Origin: Spirochaetia bacterium
GTDB lineage: Bacteria > Spirochaetota > Spirochaetia > SZUA-6 > Bin103
Assembly: GCA_965203905.1 (NCBI GenBank)
Contig: CBDBDQ010000005.1
Coordinates: forward strand, 4,032,001-4,096,000
Direction of reading: 5' to 3'
DNA length: 64,000 nucleotides
The notes under the pieces are model-generated. The model was not told where the DNA came from, made no database searches, and saw nothing but the letters and a program-made list of their open reading frames with translations. Shown piece by piece: positions 18,661 through 27,819 of the stretch (position 1 is the stretch's first letter; each line of letters opens with the position of its first letter). Position numbers and translations under genes: made by a program.

Positions 18661-19846
18661 GCGCTCGCGCCGTCGTTCCGACGGCCGCCGCGACCGGAGT
18701 TATCTGTTGCTGGTCCTGATCGTGGTTCTGATTGCCGCCACCGCCTGGTTTGCGGTGACTCAGCTCCGCACCGACGAGGTGGCCGAGTGGCTGCAGGAGC
18801 TGGATCTCCTCGTCGGGCTCAGCGTGGTCTCCGATCCGCATCAGCGGATCGCGTTCGAGGTGCTCCTGATCGACCCGCACACCCGGCGCGCCGGGCTGCT
18901 GTTCATGCCCGGGAATGTCGGCGTCCTGGTGGCCAGCCGCCAGCGCATGGACGCGCTGGAGAGTCTTTACCAGGAGGGCTCCCTGGATCCGCTGTACGAC
19001 CAGATCGCGAAGCTGCTCGGCGTACGCCCCCTGTTCCACCTCGATCTCACCGGTACCCGCATCGCCGACCTGGTGGACCTGATAGGCGGCGCCGAAGTGT
19101 ACATTCCCCACCCGCTGGAACCCAAGCAGGGGGGTGCAACGGGTGGGCTGCCATCGGGATCGGTGCGCCTCGACGGCGACAAGGCCGCGGCCTACCTGAG
19201 CTACTTCACTGCAGGCGAGCCATACCTGGAGTGGGCGGGGCGGGTGCACCGCCTGCACCAGGGGATGATCCGGGGATTGCAGCGCGAGTCACGGATGCTG
19301 CAGCACCGCGACGTGCAGCACTTTATGCATCGGCACATCGGCACCGATCTCTCGGCGGCAGGTCTGGGCACGCTCCTTGCCACCCTGGCCGCGGTGGACG
19401 GCGAGCGGCTGATCTTCCAATACACTATCGGCCAGCCGCGGAACGTGGACGGCCGGCCGCTGGTGTTTCCCCACTACGACGGCGCGCTGTTGCGGGAGGC
19501 GGTGTCGCTCGTGGTGGCGACGTTGGCCGGCGAGCACCAGGAGCCGGCCGCCACGGTAGCGGTGGAGATCCTCAATGGGACCCCGGTCCCCGGCCTGGCG
19601 CGCAATGCCACGCCCGTGCTGCAGAGCTTCGGCTACCGGGTGGTGCGGATCGGGAATGCCGAGCATCATGAGCACGCCACTACGCGGGTGCTCGATCGGC
19701 GCGGCCGACCGGAGCTTGCGGCGCGGGTGGCAGAGTTGATGAAATGCAGCGGGGCGGGCTCCGAACCGGATCCCGCCGTCGATCCGGAGGTCGACGTGAC
19801 CATCGTACTGGGAGGTGATTTCAACGGCCGACGTTGTACCGAGTGA
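18638..19846 (+). CDS. LCP family protein with LytR C-terminal domain
   Basis: N-terminal TM helix; LVDLIGG, LDGDKA; C-term VEILNGTPVPGLA...DVTIVLGGDF. Confidence 0.82.
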   Translation: MAAAARVRRSRRRSDGRRDRSYLLLVLIVVLIAATAWFAVTQLRTDEVAEWLQELDLLVGLSVVSDPHQRIAFEVLLIDPHTRRAGLLFMPGNVGVLVASRQRMDALESLYQEGSLDPLYDQIAKLLGVRPLFHLDLTGTRIADLVDLIGGAEVYIPHPLEPKQGGATGGLPSGSVRLDGDKAAAYLSYFTAGEPYLEWAGRVHRLHQGMIRGLQRESRMLQHRDVQHFMHRHIGTDLSAAGLGTLLATLAAVDGERLIFQYTIGQPRNVDGRPLVFPHYDGALLREAVSLVVATLAGEHQEPAATVAVEILNGTPVPGLARNATPVLQSFGYRVVRIGNAEHHEHATTRVLDRRGRPELAARVAELMKCSGAGSEPDPAVDPEVDVTIVLGGDFNGRRCTE

Positions 19847-20216
19847 GCCTGATCAGCCGGCGCCGCCCGCAGTCGGTTCTCTGGGCGAAGCGCAGGCACG
19901 AGCCCTGCGACAACTACTCGATGAGCACCGTTGCGAGGATGCGCTGGTGCTGGATATCACCGGGGTCAGCGATGTCGCCGACTTCTTCGTGATCGCTACC
20001 GTGCGCAGCTCCACCCATCTGCTCGGGGTATACGGGTACCTGATGGAGTATCTCAAGAGGCAGCGACTGGAACCCCTCACGGGGCCGAAGCGGGTACGTG
20101 ACAACCCATGGCTGCTGGTAGATCTCGGACCTATCGTGGTGCACCTGATGGAACGCGACACCCGTGCGTTCTACGAGCTGGAGAAGCTCTGGTTCAGCGG
20201 GCGGATACTGCACTGA
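19815..20216 (+). CDS. rsfS: Ribosome silencing factor RsfS (Iojap)
   Basis: LVLDITGVSDVADFFVIAT...WLLVDLGPIVVHLM...RAFYELEKLW; start uncertain. Confidence 0.93.
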   Translation: MISTADVVPSEPDQPAPPAVGSLGEAQARALRQLLDEHRCEDALVLDITGVSDVADFFVIATVRSSTHLLGVYGYLMEYLKRQRLEPLTGPKRVRDNPWLLVDLGPIVVHLMERDTRAFYELEKLWFSGRILH

Positions 20217-20242
20217 GAGCCTGCCCGCGGAACCACCGGACT

Positions 20243-20266
20243 GTTCCCGCGCCGCTGGCGCGGAAC
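20243..20266. terminator. GC-rich hairpin between convergent rsfS and the acidic ORF
   Basis: GTTCCCGCGCC-GCT-GGCGCGGAAC inverted repeat; no U-tract. Confidence 0.35.
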
Positions 20267-20298
20267 TCTGAACCGAGCCCGCGCGTACCCCGGGCGCC

Positions 20299-20694
20299 CT
20301 AAGGGTCGAATTCCTCGAAGTCGGCGTCGGCTTCGTCCAAGGTGTCACCGTCGACGCTGAATCCGTCGGAATCCTCGTCAAGGTCGTCATCCCCGTCGCC
20401 TTCCTCGAAGGTGTCATCGTCATCCGCACCATCATCGAAGGCAGCGTCGAAGTCGTCGTCCTCGTCGTCATCATCGAAGTTGTCGTCCTCGTCGTCGTCG
20501 AAGTCGTCGTCGTCCAATTCATCGTCATCGAGCTCGTCTTCGTCTTCGTCGAAGTCGTCATCGAAGTCGTCGTCGAAGTCGTCCACGTCGCTGCCGTAGC
20601 TCCGCAACTCCTCGAAGCCGATTGCAGGGTCGGCGACCGTGGAGAGCGGGTTACCGAAGACGGCGCGCGGCGTTACAGGCAATAACCGAATCAA
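20299..20694 (-). CDS. Small hyper-acidic (Asp/Glu-rich) protein of unknown function
   Basis: TTG start at 20694 preceded by AGAGGAAGG; last ~97 residues ~65% D/E with regularly spaced Phe/Leu; mixed GAC/GAT codons. Confidence 0.65.
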   Translation of the reverse strand: MIRLLPVTPRAVFGNPLSTVADPAIGFEELRSYGSDVDDFDDDFDDDFDEDEDELDDDELDDDDFDDDEDDNFDDDDEDDDFDAAFDDGADDDDTFEEGDGDDDLDEDSDGFSVDGDTLDEADADFEEFDP

Positions 20695-20880
20695 ACCTTC
20701 CTCTCTACCGATGTCCTGTCCGCCACCAGCGTCCCGGGTGGCACCACTGCAATGTAGATTCCACTCGCCCCGTCGTGTCAACGGTGCTGCAACCAAAACG
20801 TGGTTCCGCCGAACGGCCGCCGTACGGGCGAGAGCGAGCGAGCCGGCGCGGTCGCACGCTGGACAGGTCGCCATCGGTGA

Positions 20881-20889
20881 TGGTATACT
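20881..20889 (+). promoter_or_regulatory. Extended -10 promoter upstream of spoVG
   Basis: TGgTATACT about 50 nt upstream of the spoVG GTG. Confidence 0.5.
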
Positions 20890-20941
20890 TTGCTGGTTCA
20901 ACTGGAGGGGTGCCTTGAACCGGCTCCCTCGGAGGGTGCTC

Positions 20942-21223
20942 GTGGAGATCACCGACGTCCACATTACCCGAACCGCCGCTGACGGCAAGCTGCTGGCCTA
21001 CGTCACGGTGACCTTTGATCGCTGTTTCGTCGTGCACAATATCAAGATCATCCTCGGTCGTACGGGCCCCTTCGTCGCCATGCCCAGTCGCAAAACCAAG
21101 AGCGGTCTCTACCGGGACATCGCCCATCCCATCACCTCCGCGTTTCGCGACCTGCTGCAGAGTCGTATCCTGGAGGCCTACGAGCGTTCCGTGCCGGCGC
21201 CCGCGGCCAACGCGGCACCCTGA
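20942..21223 (+). CDS. spoVG: SpoVG family nucleic-acid-binding regulator
   Basis: (M)EITDVHI...GKLLAYVTVTFDRCFVVHNIKII...FVAMPSRK...YRDIAHPI; GGAGGG RBS. Confidence 0.95.
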   Translation: MEITDVHITRTAADGKLLAYVTVTFDRCFVVHNIKIILGRTGPFVAMPSRKTKSGLYRDIAHPITSAFRDLLQSRILEAYERSVPAPAANAAP

Positions 21224-21297
21224 GCGGGAGGGCGCCGGCCCGCCGCCCGGGAGGGATTCTCAGCCGGGCCCCGCTATGGCACAATGGAGCTTTCCGT

Positions 21298-21369
21298 TGG
21301 GACGTCGGCAAGTGGTAAGCCACCGGTTTTTGGTACCGGCACTCGCAGGTTCGAATCCTGCCGTCCCAG
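21298..21369 (+). tRNA. tRNA-Gln (anticodon TTG)
   Basis: Acceptor TGGGACG/CGTCCCA, anticodon arm CCGGT-TTTTGGT-ACCGG, T-loop GGTTCGAATCC; CCA not encoded. Confidence 0.95.
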
Positions 21370-21385
21370 TCGCCGTCACGCCGCG

Positions 21386-21417
21386 ACCGTCACGGAGTGA
21401 GCGCACTCGGTGACGGT
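21386..21417 (+). terminator. Hairpin between tRNA-Gln and rplY
   Basis: ACCGTCACGGAGTG-AGCG-CACTCGGTGACGGT (13 of 14 bp pair). Confidence 0.4.
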
Positions 21418-21516
21418 GCGAGAGACCACGCAGTGACACCACCCGCTCCGGGAACACCACCGCGTATCGCGTAACGCGTGCATCCCGTGACGGGAGCCCG
21501 AACAGGAGATCAACGT

Positions 21517-22143
21517 ATGGCTGACAGAAACCTGACCGCGCAGCTGCGGACCGAGACGAAAAAGGGTGCGGCGCGCCGGCTGCGACGGGCGGGACGCATC
21601 CCGGCCGTCATGTACGGACACCGCGAACCACTTCTGCTGAGCATCGACGCGCGTGAGTTCTCGCGCAAGTTCCAGCAGATTTCGGAGAGCACCATCATCC
21701 ACCTGGCCGCCGGCGACGCCACCTACGACGTGTTGGTGAAGGACTTCCAGGCCAACAACATCATCGAACGTCTGGAGCACATCGACTTCTTCGAGATCGA
21801 GCGCGGCAAGGTGCTGCGTGCCCGCGTGCTGCTGCACTACGTGGGCAACCCCGTAGGGGTTCGCGAAGGGGGCCTGCAGGAACTGCTGGTGCACGAGGTC
21901 GAGGTAGAGTGCCTGCCCCGCCATCTCCCCGAGCGGATCGACGTCGACATCGAGAATCTGGGGGTGGGGCAGTCGCTGCACGTGGCCGACATGCCGGTGC
22001 CGGAGGGAGTCCGCGTCACTACTCCACCCGAGCAGGTCCTCGCCCTGGTCGCCCATAAGGTCGAGGAAGTCGATGAGACCGAAGAAGAGCTTGGCGACGA
22101 GGAACTGGAGGCGGCCGACGAGGAGGGCGCCGACGAGGAGTGA
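21517..22143 (+). CDS. rplY: 50S ribosomal protein L25/Ctc
   Basis: KKGAARRLRRAGRIPAVMYG, HIDF, GVREGG, VECLP; acidic tail; AGGAG RBS. Confidence 0.95.
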   Translation: MADRNLTAQLRTETKKGAARRLRRAGRIPAVMYGHREPLLLSIDAREFSRKFQQISESTIIHLAAGDATYDVLVKDFQANNIIERLEHIDFFEIERGKVLRARVLLHYVGNPVGVREGGLQELLVHEVEVECLPRHLPERIDVDIENLGVGQSLHVADMPVPEGVRVTTPPEQVLALVAHKVEEVDETEEELGDEELEAADEEGADEE

Positions 22144-22236
22144 TCTCCGCGACGGGGCACCGGCGTGGTTCCGCGCTCGCGGCACCGTCCGGCCGGAGTG
22201 TGCCGCCCGCATCTGCCGAGTTGACTTGCGGACCCG

Positions 22237-22818
22237 ATGCGACTGGTGATAGTCGGCCTGGGTAATCCCGGCCGGCGTTATGATCGCACCCGCCACAACG
22301 CCGGGTTCCAGGTGGTGGACTGCATGGCACGGCGCGTCGGGGCTCGCCTCAAACGCCGCCGGAGGCGCAACTATGCCGTGGCCCGCACACTGGTGGGCGG
22401 GCGGCGCCTGACCCTGGTGCAGCCGCTCACCTACATGAACACCTCCGGAGAGGTCATCAAGCCGGTGCTTGCCGAGTGCGACGCCGCGATCGAGGATCTG
22501 CTCGTGGTGTGCGACACCATGGACCTCGACCCGGGAGCCAGCCGTCTGCGTCTCGCCGGATCGTCCGCGGGCAACAAGGGCCTGGCATCGGTGCTCAAGG
22601 TGCTGGGCACCGAGCAGGTGAAGCGCATCTACGTTGGGGTCGGCCGTCCGCTGCCGGGAGTAGCCGTCATCGACCACGTTCTGAGCCGGCCGCCACCCGC
22701 CGCGGCGCGTGCCGTGGCGCAGGCCGTCGACCGGGTGTGCGGTCACCTGGAGGTGCTGCTCGACGGCGATTACCAGCGCGCCATGAACCTGATCAACCAG
22801 CGTGGCGTGCCTGCCTGA
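22237..22818 (+). CDS. pth: Peptidyl-tRNA hydrolase
   Basis: IVGLGNPG...TRHNAGF, PLTYMNTSG, GVGRP. Confidence 0.93.
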   Translation: MRLVIVGLGNPGRRYDRTRHNAGFQVVDCMARRVGARLKRRRRRNYAVARTLVGGRRLTLVQPLTYMNTSGEVIKPVLAECDAAIEDLLVVCDTMDLDPGASRLRLAGSSAGNKGLASVLKVLGTEQVKRIYVGVGRPLPGVAVIDHVLSRPPPAAARAVAQAVDRVCGHLEVLLDGDYQRAMNLINQRGVPA

Positions 22819-23851
22819 CCGGGGCAGCAGCGGCACGGCGGGCGATCCGCTGGCGGCGGCGCGGGCGGCATTGCAGCAGGCCGCTCTGCCGTGCCCGGCC
22901 ACCATCGTGGTCGGCGTCTCCGGCGGCGCGGACTCGCTGGCACTGGCACTGGTGCTGGCGCGGCTGGCTCCCGAGTTGAAGCTGCGCGTGGTGGCGGCCC
23001 ACTACGATCACGGTCTGCGCGCCGCGGCCTCCTGTGCCGCCGAACGCGCGGCGGTGCGCCGGCAGGCGCAGTGCCTCGGCCTGCAGCTGCGCGAAGGTGC
23101 CGCGCCGGCCGGGTTGCTGCGCCGGCTTGCCACGGGGCGCAGCGTGGAAGAGATCGCCCGCGTGCACCGCTATGCATTTCTGTTGCGGGTGGCCGCCGAT
23201 TGTGGCGCCTGCGCCGTGGCCGTGGGGCACCACCGCGACGACGACCTGGAGACGATTCTGATGCGTGCCTTGCAGGGGAGCCTGCGTGGCGGCGGCATTC
23301 CGCGGCGCAGCGGGCTGGTGCTGCGTCCGCTGCTCGGCGTACGCCGGGCGGCTTTGGGCCGCTACGTCGCGGCGACCGGACTTCCGGTTATGGAAGACCC
23401 GAGCAACGCCGACCGGCGCATGCTGCGCAACCGGATCCGCCGTCTGCTGCCGGCCCTGGAAGCGGCGGTGCCGGGGAGTGCCGACAACCTCCCGCGGCTG
23501 GCGGCGAGCGCCGCTTCCTCCTGGCGCCGCGTGGAACGGGACGCGCGCCGGGAGATCCCGTGGCGCTATGCCCGCGGCAAGTGCGGCGCGGTGCGCTATC
23601 GCGTCGCCGCGGCGACGTTCTGGGCCGCCGCCGGGCCGGTGCGCGAGGCCGCGCTGTACCAGGTCTGCGACGCCGTTCTCAGCCGGGGCCACAGCGCCCG
23701 TCATGCACGGCCGCGGCTGCCGCGGCGCTTTCTGCAGCCGCTGCTGCAGGACCTGGCGGAGGTGCGCAGCTTGTGCCTGGAAGGTCACGGGCTGCGCATT
23801 TCGTGCGACCGGGAGCGGGTGCTGGTGTCGCGCCGCGGCGATCGCCGGTGA
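22802..23851 (+). CDS. tilS: tRNA(Ile)-lysidine synthase
   Basis: VGVSGGADS, HYDHGLR, GHHRDDDLET, RPLL, EDPSN, RNRIR. Confidence 0.93.
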   Translation: MACLPDRGSSGTAGDPLAAARAALQQAALPCPATIVVGVSGGADSLALALVLARLAPELKLRVVAAHYDHGLRAAASCAAERAAVRRQAQCLGLQLREGAAPAGLLRRLATGRSVEEIARVHRYAFLLRVAADCGACAVAVGHHRDDDLETILMRALQGSLRGGGIPRRSGLVLRPLLGVRRAALGRYVAATGLPVMEDPSNADRRMLRNRIRRLLPALEAAVPGSADNLPRLAASAASSWRRVERDARREIPWRYARGKCGAVRYRVAAATFWAAAGPVREAALYQVCDAVLSRGHSARHARPRLPRRFLQPLLQDLAEVRSLCLEGHGLRISCDRERVLVSRRGDRR

Positions 23852-24011
23852 GGTGCCGCGGCCCGCGCCCCAAAACGCGGCCATGCGTGCGCAGCGCGGA
23901 AATGGCGGCAATATCGGGCCGGTTGTCGCCCATCCGCATTCGCGCTATCTTAGGGCTGACTGGGTGGGCCCGCTGCCGGCGCGGGCACGCCGAGCGACCC
24001 GAGGGGGGAGC

Positions 24012-25904
24012 GTGAGTAACGGCGACAACGACAACCCGCAGAAAAAGGGTCCCGACTCAGGATTCCCGAAATTCAACTTCAACAACCGCGTCGCACTCAT
24101 CACGCTGCTTATCCTGATCGTCTTCTTCATCTTTTTCTTCGTCTACAATCAAGGATCTTTGACCCAGGAAATCGCCTACTCGGTGTTCCTGAACTACCTC
24201 AACCAGGACATGGTGGAAGCCGTCAAGATCATCGACGGGTACGAGATTCAGGGGCAGCTCAAGGGTCGCCCGGGCGAGTACTTCAAGACCACCATTCCCT
24301 ACTCCGATCCCGAACTGTTACGCAAGTTGCAGGAAAAGACGGTCCAGATAACCGGCGGACCGCGTAACGTATCGCCATTACGCGTGTTCATCGACTTTCT
24401 CCCGTGGGTGCTCGGGTTCTTCTTCATCTGGTTCATGTTCCGCCAGGTTCAGGGCAGCGGCAACCGCGCCTTCTCGTTCGGCAAGAGCCGTGCCAAGCGT
24501 TACGTGGAGTCCAGCAAGAAGATCAACTTTACCGACGTCGCGGGTCAGGACGAGGCCAAGTACGAACTCCAGGAAGTCGTCGAGTTTCTCAAGAATCCGG
24601 GCAAGTTCGCAAAGATGGGAGCGCGCATCCCCAAGGGCGTGCTGCTGGTAGGCATGCCGGGCACCGGCAAGACCCTGCTGGCCAAGGCGATCGCCGGCGA
24701 GGCCAACGTACCGTTCTTCCACATGTCCGGTTCCGATTTCGTCGAGATGTTCGTGGGCGTGGGCGCCAGCCGGGTACGCGACCTGTTCGACCAGGGCCGC
24801 AAGAACGCCCCGTGCATCCTGTTCATCGACGAGCTCGACGCGGTCGGCCGCACCCGTGGCGCCGGCTACGGCGGCGGCCATGACGAGCGTGAGCAGACCC
24901 TCAACCAGATGCTGGTGGAGATGGACGGCTTCGACACCAAGGAGGGCGTGATCATCATCGCCGCCACCAACCGGCCCGACGTTCTGGATCCCGCGCTGTT
25001 GCGGCCCGGCCGCTTCGACCGCCAGGTCGTGGTGGACATGCCGGACGTGCGCGGTCGCGAGGAGATCCTCGGCATCCACATCAAGAAGATTCCGATTGCG
25101 GCCGGCGTAGACTTGAACCGGGTGGCCCGCGCCACTCCCGGCACCTCCGGCGCCGACCTGGCCAACATCGTCAACGAGGCGGCGCTGCTGGCGGCGCGCC
25201 AGAACAAGGAACGGGTGGAGATGATCGACTTCGAGGAGGCCCGTGACAAGATCATGATGGGGGTGGCACGGCGCTCCAAGGTGGTGGAGCCGCAGGAGCG
25301 GGAGATGACCGCCTACCACGAGTCCGGTCATGCGCTGCTGCACTACTACCTGGAGAACGCCGACCCGTTCCACAAGGTGACCATCGTCCCGCACGGGCGT
25401 GCGCTGGGGATCGCCTTTTCGCTGCCGGAGAAGGACTACTACTCGCGCGGCAAGGCCTGGCTACTCGATCGGATCGGCATCACGATGGGCGGCTACGCCG
25501 CGGAGACGATCATCTACGACGAGACCACCACCGGCGCCCAGAACGACATCGAGCAGGCCACCGACCTGGCCCGCAAGATGGTATGTGAGTGGGGCATGAG
25601 CGACGTCCTGGGTCCGATCGCCTACGGCCAGAAGGAGGAACCGATCTTTCTGGGGAAGGAGATCGCCCGGCACAAGGACTACTCCGAGGAAACCGCCAGG
25701 GTGATCGATGCCGAGGTCAAGGAGATCGTGCGTTCGCGGCTGGAGCGGGCCATCGAGCTGCTCCGGGAGCATCGGGATCAGCTCGTGCTGCTGGCCACCA
25801 CCCTGGTCGATAAAGAAACCCTGGATGACGTCGAAATTCGTGAGTTGCTCGGCTTCCCGCCACGCTATCCTGCCGACGGAGACACCACGCAGAAGGCGAG
25901 CTAG
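24012..25904 (+). CDS. ftsH: ATP-dependent zinc metalloprotease FtsH
   Basis: Two TM helices, [29 protein letters not shown]; GTG 24012 after GAGGGGGGAG. Confidence 0.97.
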   Translation: MSNGDNDNPQKKGPDSGFPKFNFNNRVALITLLILIVFFIFFFVYNQGSLTQEIAYSVFLNYLNQDMVEAVKIIDGYEIQGQLKGRPGEYFKTTIPYSDPELLRKLQEKTVQITGGPRNVSPLRVFIDFLPWVLGFFFIWFMFRQVQGSGNRAFSFGKSRAKRYVESSKKINFTDVAGQDEAKYELQEVVEFLKNPGKFAKMGARIPKGVLLVGMPGTGKTLLAKAIAGEANVPFFHMSGSDFVEMFVGVGASRVRDLFDQGRKNAPCILFIDELDAVGRTRGAGYGGGHDEREQTLNQMLVEMDGFDTKEGVIIIAATNRPDVLDPALLRPGRFDRQVVVDMPDVRGREEILGIHIKKIPIAAGVDLNRVARATPGTSGADLANIVNEAALLAARQNKERVEMIDFEEARDKIMMGVARRSKVVEPQEREMTAYHESGHALLHYYLENADPFHKVTIVPHGRALGIAFSLPEKDYYSRGKAWLLDRIGITMGGYAAETIIYDETTTGAQNDIEQATDLARKMVCEWGMSDVLGPIAYGQKEEPIFLGKEIARHKDYSEETARVIDAEVKEIVRSRLERAIELLREHRDQLVLLATTLVDKETLDDVEIRELLGFPPRYPADGDTTQKAS

Positions 25905-25909
25905 CGCCC

Positions 25910-25939
25910 CAAGAGCGACGCCTGCCGGCGTCGCTCTTG
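25910..25939 (+). terminator. Perfect 13-bp hairpin after ftsH
   Basis: CAAGAGCGACGCC-TGCC-GGCGTCGCTCTTG; lacks a U-tract. Confidence 0.5.
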
Positions 25940-25986
25940 ACCCAGCCTCGCCTTTCCGCCCGGCTCCTGGCGCCACGTCGGTCGCG

Positions 25987-27816
25987 ATGAACACGAGAGA
26001 GTCACGGGCGCGCGCCGTGGCCGGCGCCCTGGCGGCACTTCCGCTGCTGGCGCTGGCCGGTTGTGCCAGCCACGCCCCGGAGGGGCTGAAGACTCCCACC
26101 ACCGCCTACGTCGTGGCACAGATAGAACGGCAGATCGCCGGTGGCGAGTCGCTGAGCGCGATGCAGCGCATCTGGGCCCTGGAGCGCGACTCGACGGCCC
26201 AGGTCGGCGCCGAGGAGCTGGCCGGACTGCGCAGCGCCGCGCTGAGCTCGATGCGCGGTGAGCTGGAGTTGGCATGGCAGGAACAGCGCTACCTGGATGC
26301 GGCGGCACTGGTGCAATCCCTGGCAACAGCCGCTGAGGTGGCCTCGGCCGGGCCGGCCGCCGGTGGCACCGAGGTCGCCGGCCGGTCGCTGCCCGAACTG
26401 TATCGCCACGAGGTGCGGCGCCTGACCGCCGCCGGAGACGAGGTCAGCGCACTGCTGCTGGGACTGCGTGCCATTGCCGAGCAGCCGTATACGGTCACGG
26501 ACCTGCGCACGCTGCGCGATCTGGCTGCGCGCAACGGCAATGCGCGCGCGCTGACGCTGCTGGCGGAGGCGGCAGCGGAGCGCGATCTGGTCCTGTCGGT
26601 CCCGGAGGTGCCGCCGCCACCCCCATTCGCGGACATGCTCGGCGGAATGGTGACCGTCTGGGTGGACCGCGGCGTCGAGCTGCACCGTGGCGTGGGCATA
26701 CCCGACCGGGTGATCGGCAGCGGCTTCTTCATCGATCGCCGGGGGCACCTGCTGACCAACTACCACGTCATCCAGAGCGAGGTGGACCCGAAGTACGAGG
26801 GCTATTCGCGGCTGTTCGTGCGTCTCTCCAGTCAAGGCGACGAGCGGGTGCCGGCCAAGGTCGTCGGCTACGACCGCATCTTCGATCTCGCCCTGTTGAA
26901 AGCCGAGGTGGAGCCGGGTTACGTGTTCGGCTCGGCGGCAGCCGGGACATTGAGTCCGGGGGACCAGGTAGTGGCGATCGGCACCCCCGGCGACGTGTCC
27001 CTCGCCAAGACGGTCACTTCCGGCATCATCTCTGCCACCGGCCGGCGCTTCCTGCAGATGGGCGACGCCCTGCAGGTGGATGCGCCGCTCAATCCGGGCA
27101 ACAGCGGCGGGCCCCTGCTGAACGCGAGCGGGGAGCTGGTGGGCGTGACCTTCGCCGGACTGGAGCAGTTCGAGGGGATCAACTTCGGAATCTCCGACCA
27201 CTGGATTCAGCGCGTGCTGCCGAAGCTGTACCGGGGCGGTGCGGTGGAGCACCTGTGGCTCGGAATCAGCGTGCACCGCGACGGCACTGCACTGGTGGTG
27301 ACCTACGTCCTGCCGGGTTCGCCGGCGGCAGGCGCCGGGATCGTCCCGGGTGACCGGCTGGTACGCGTGGCGCACCACGTGGTGGAGGACATCGTAGGCG
27401 TGCAACGGCATCTCCTGGGCTACCACGGACCTACCCTCGTCGAGCTGGTCGTGGAACGGGACGGTGACCGGCTGCGCCGGCTGGTGGGGCTGGAGCGGCG
27501 CCCGTTCTCTCCCGTTGAGGTGGCGCTGCAGCGCGACACCCGCGACCACGCGCTGCTGCCCCTGTTCGGCCTGGGGGTGCAACGGATCGGCCGCACCCTG
27601 GTTCGCGAAGAGCACCGCGTGACGCGGGTGGTGCCGGGCTCGGTTGCCGACGAGTCGCGGATCTCGGTCGATGACCCGGTGCGAATCGAGGAGTTCGGCG
27701 TGGACCAAGCGTCGCGCACCGCCTGGCTGCGGGTGCTGGTCAAGAAACGGCGCGCCGGCTACCTGCAGGCCTCGGTGCTGTTGGCGGCGGCCCTGGAGCA
27801 GAACCACTTCCTGTAG
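25987..27816 (+). CDS. Trypsin-like (HtrA/S1C) serine protease lipoprotein with PDZ domain
   Basis: Lipobox LAGC; GSGFFI...LTNYHV, DLALLK, NPGNSGGPL; PDZ VLPGSPAAGAGI. Confidence 0.9.
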   Translation: MNTRESRARAVAGALAALPLLALAGCASHAPEGLKTPTTAYVVAQIERQIAGGESLSAMQRIWALERDSTAQVGAEELAGLRSAALSSMRGELELAWQEQRYLDAAALVQSLATAAEVASAGPAAGGTEVAGRSLPELYRHEVRRLTAAGDEVSALLLGLRAIAEQPYTVTDLRTLRDLAARNGNARALTLLAEAAAERDLVLSVPEVPPPPPFADMLGGMVTVWVDRGVELHRGVGIPDRVIGSGFFIDRRGHLLTNYHVIQSEVDPKYEGYSRLFVRLSSQGDERVPAKVVGYDRIFDLALLKAEVEPGYVFGSAAAGTLSPGDQVVAIGTPGDVSLAKTVTSGIISATGRRFLQMGDALQVDAPLNPGNSGGPLLNASGELVGVTFAGLEQFEGINFGISDHWIQRVLPKLYRGGAVEHLWLGISVHRDGTALVVTYVLPGSPAAGAGIVPGDRLVRVAHHVVEDIVGVQRHLLGYHGPTLVELVVERDGDRLRRLVGLERRPFSPVEVALQRDTRDHALLPLFGLGVQRIGRTLVREEHRVTRVVPGSVADESRISVDDPVRIEEFGVDQASRTAWLRVLVKKRRAGYLQASVLLAAALEQNHFL

Positions 27817-27819
27817 CCG

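Noticed and set aside
16289-19258. Long antisense ORFs (also 35787-38510, 55760-58810, 26002-27807)
   Set aside because: These are shadow ORFs opposite well-supported genes, expected in high-GC DNA, with no recognisable motifs.
20400-20600. (TCG/TCA)n microsatellite or poly-Ser/poly-Thr ORFs
   Set aside because: The periodicity is better explained by Asp/Glu codons on the minus strand, which has an SD and start codon.
23265-24011. N-terminal extension of FtsH or a tilS-ftsH fusion
   Set aside because: It is an alternative-frame overlap with tilS; the likely start is GTG 24012 with a strong SD.
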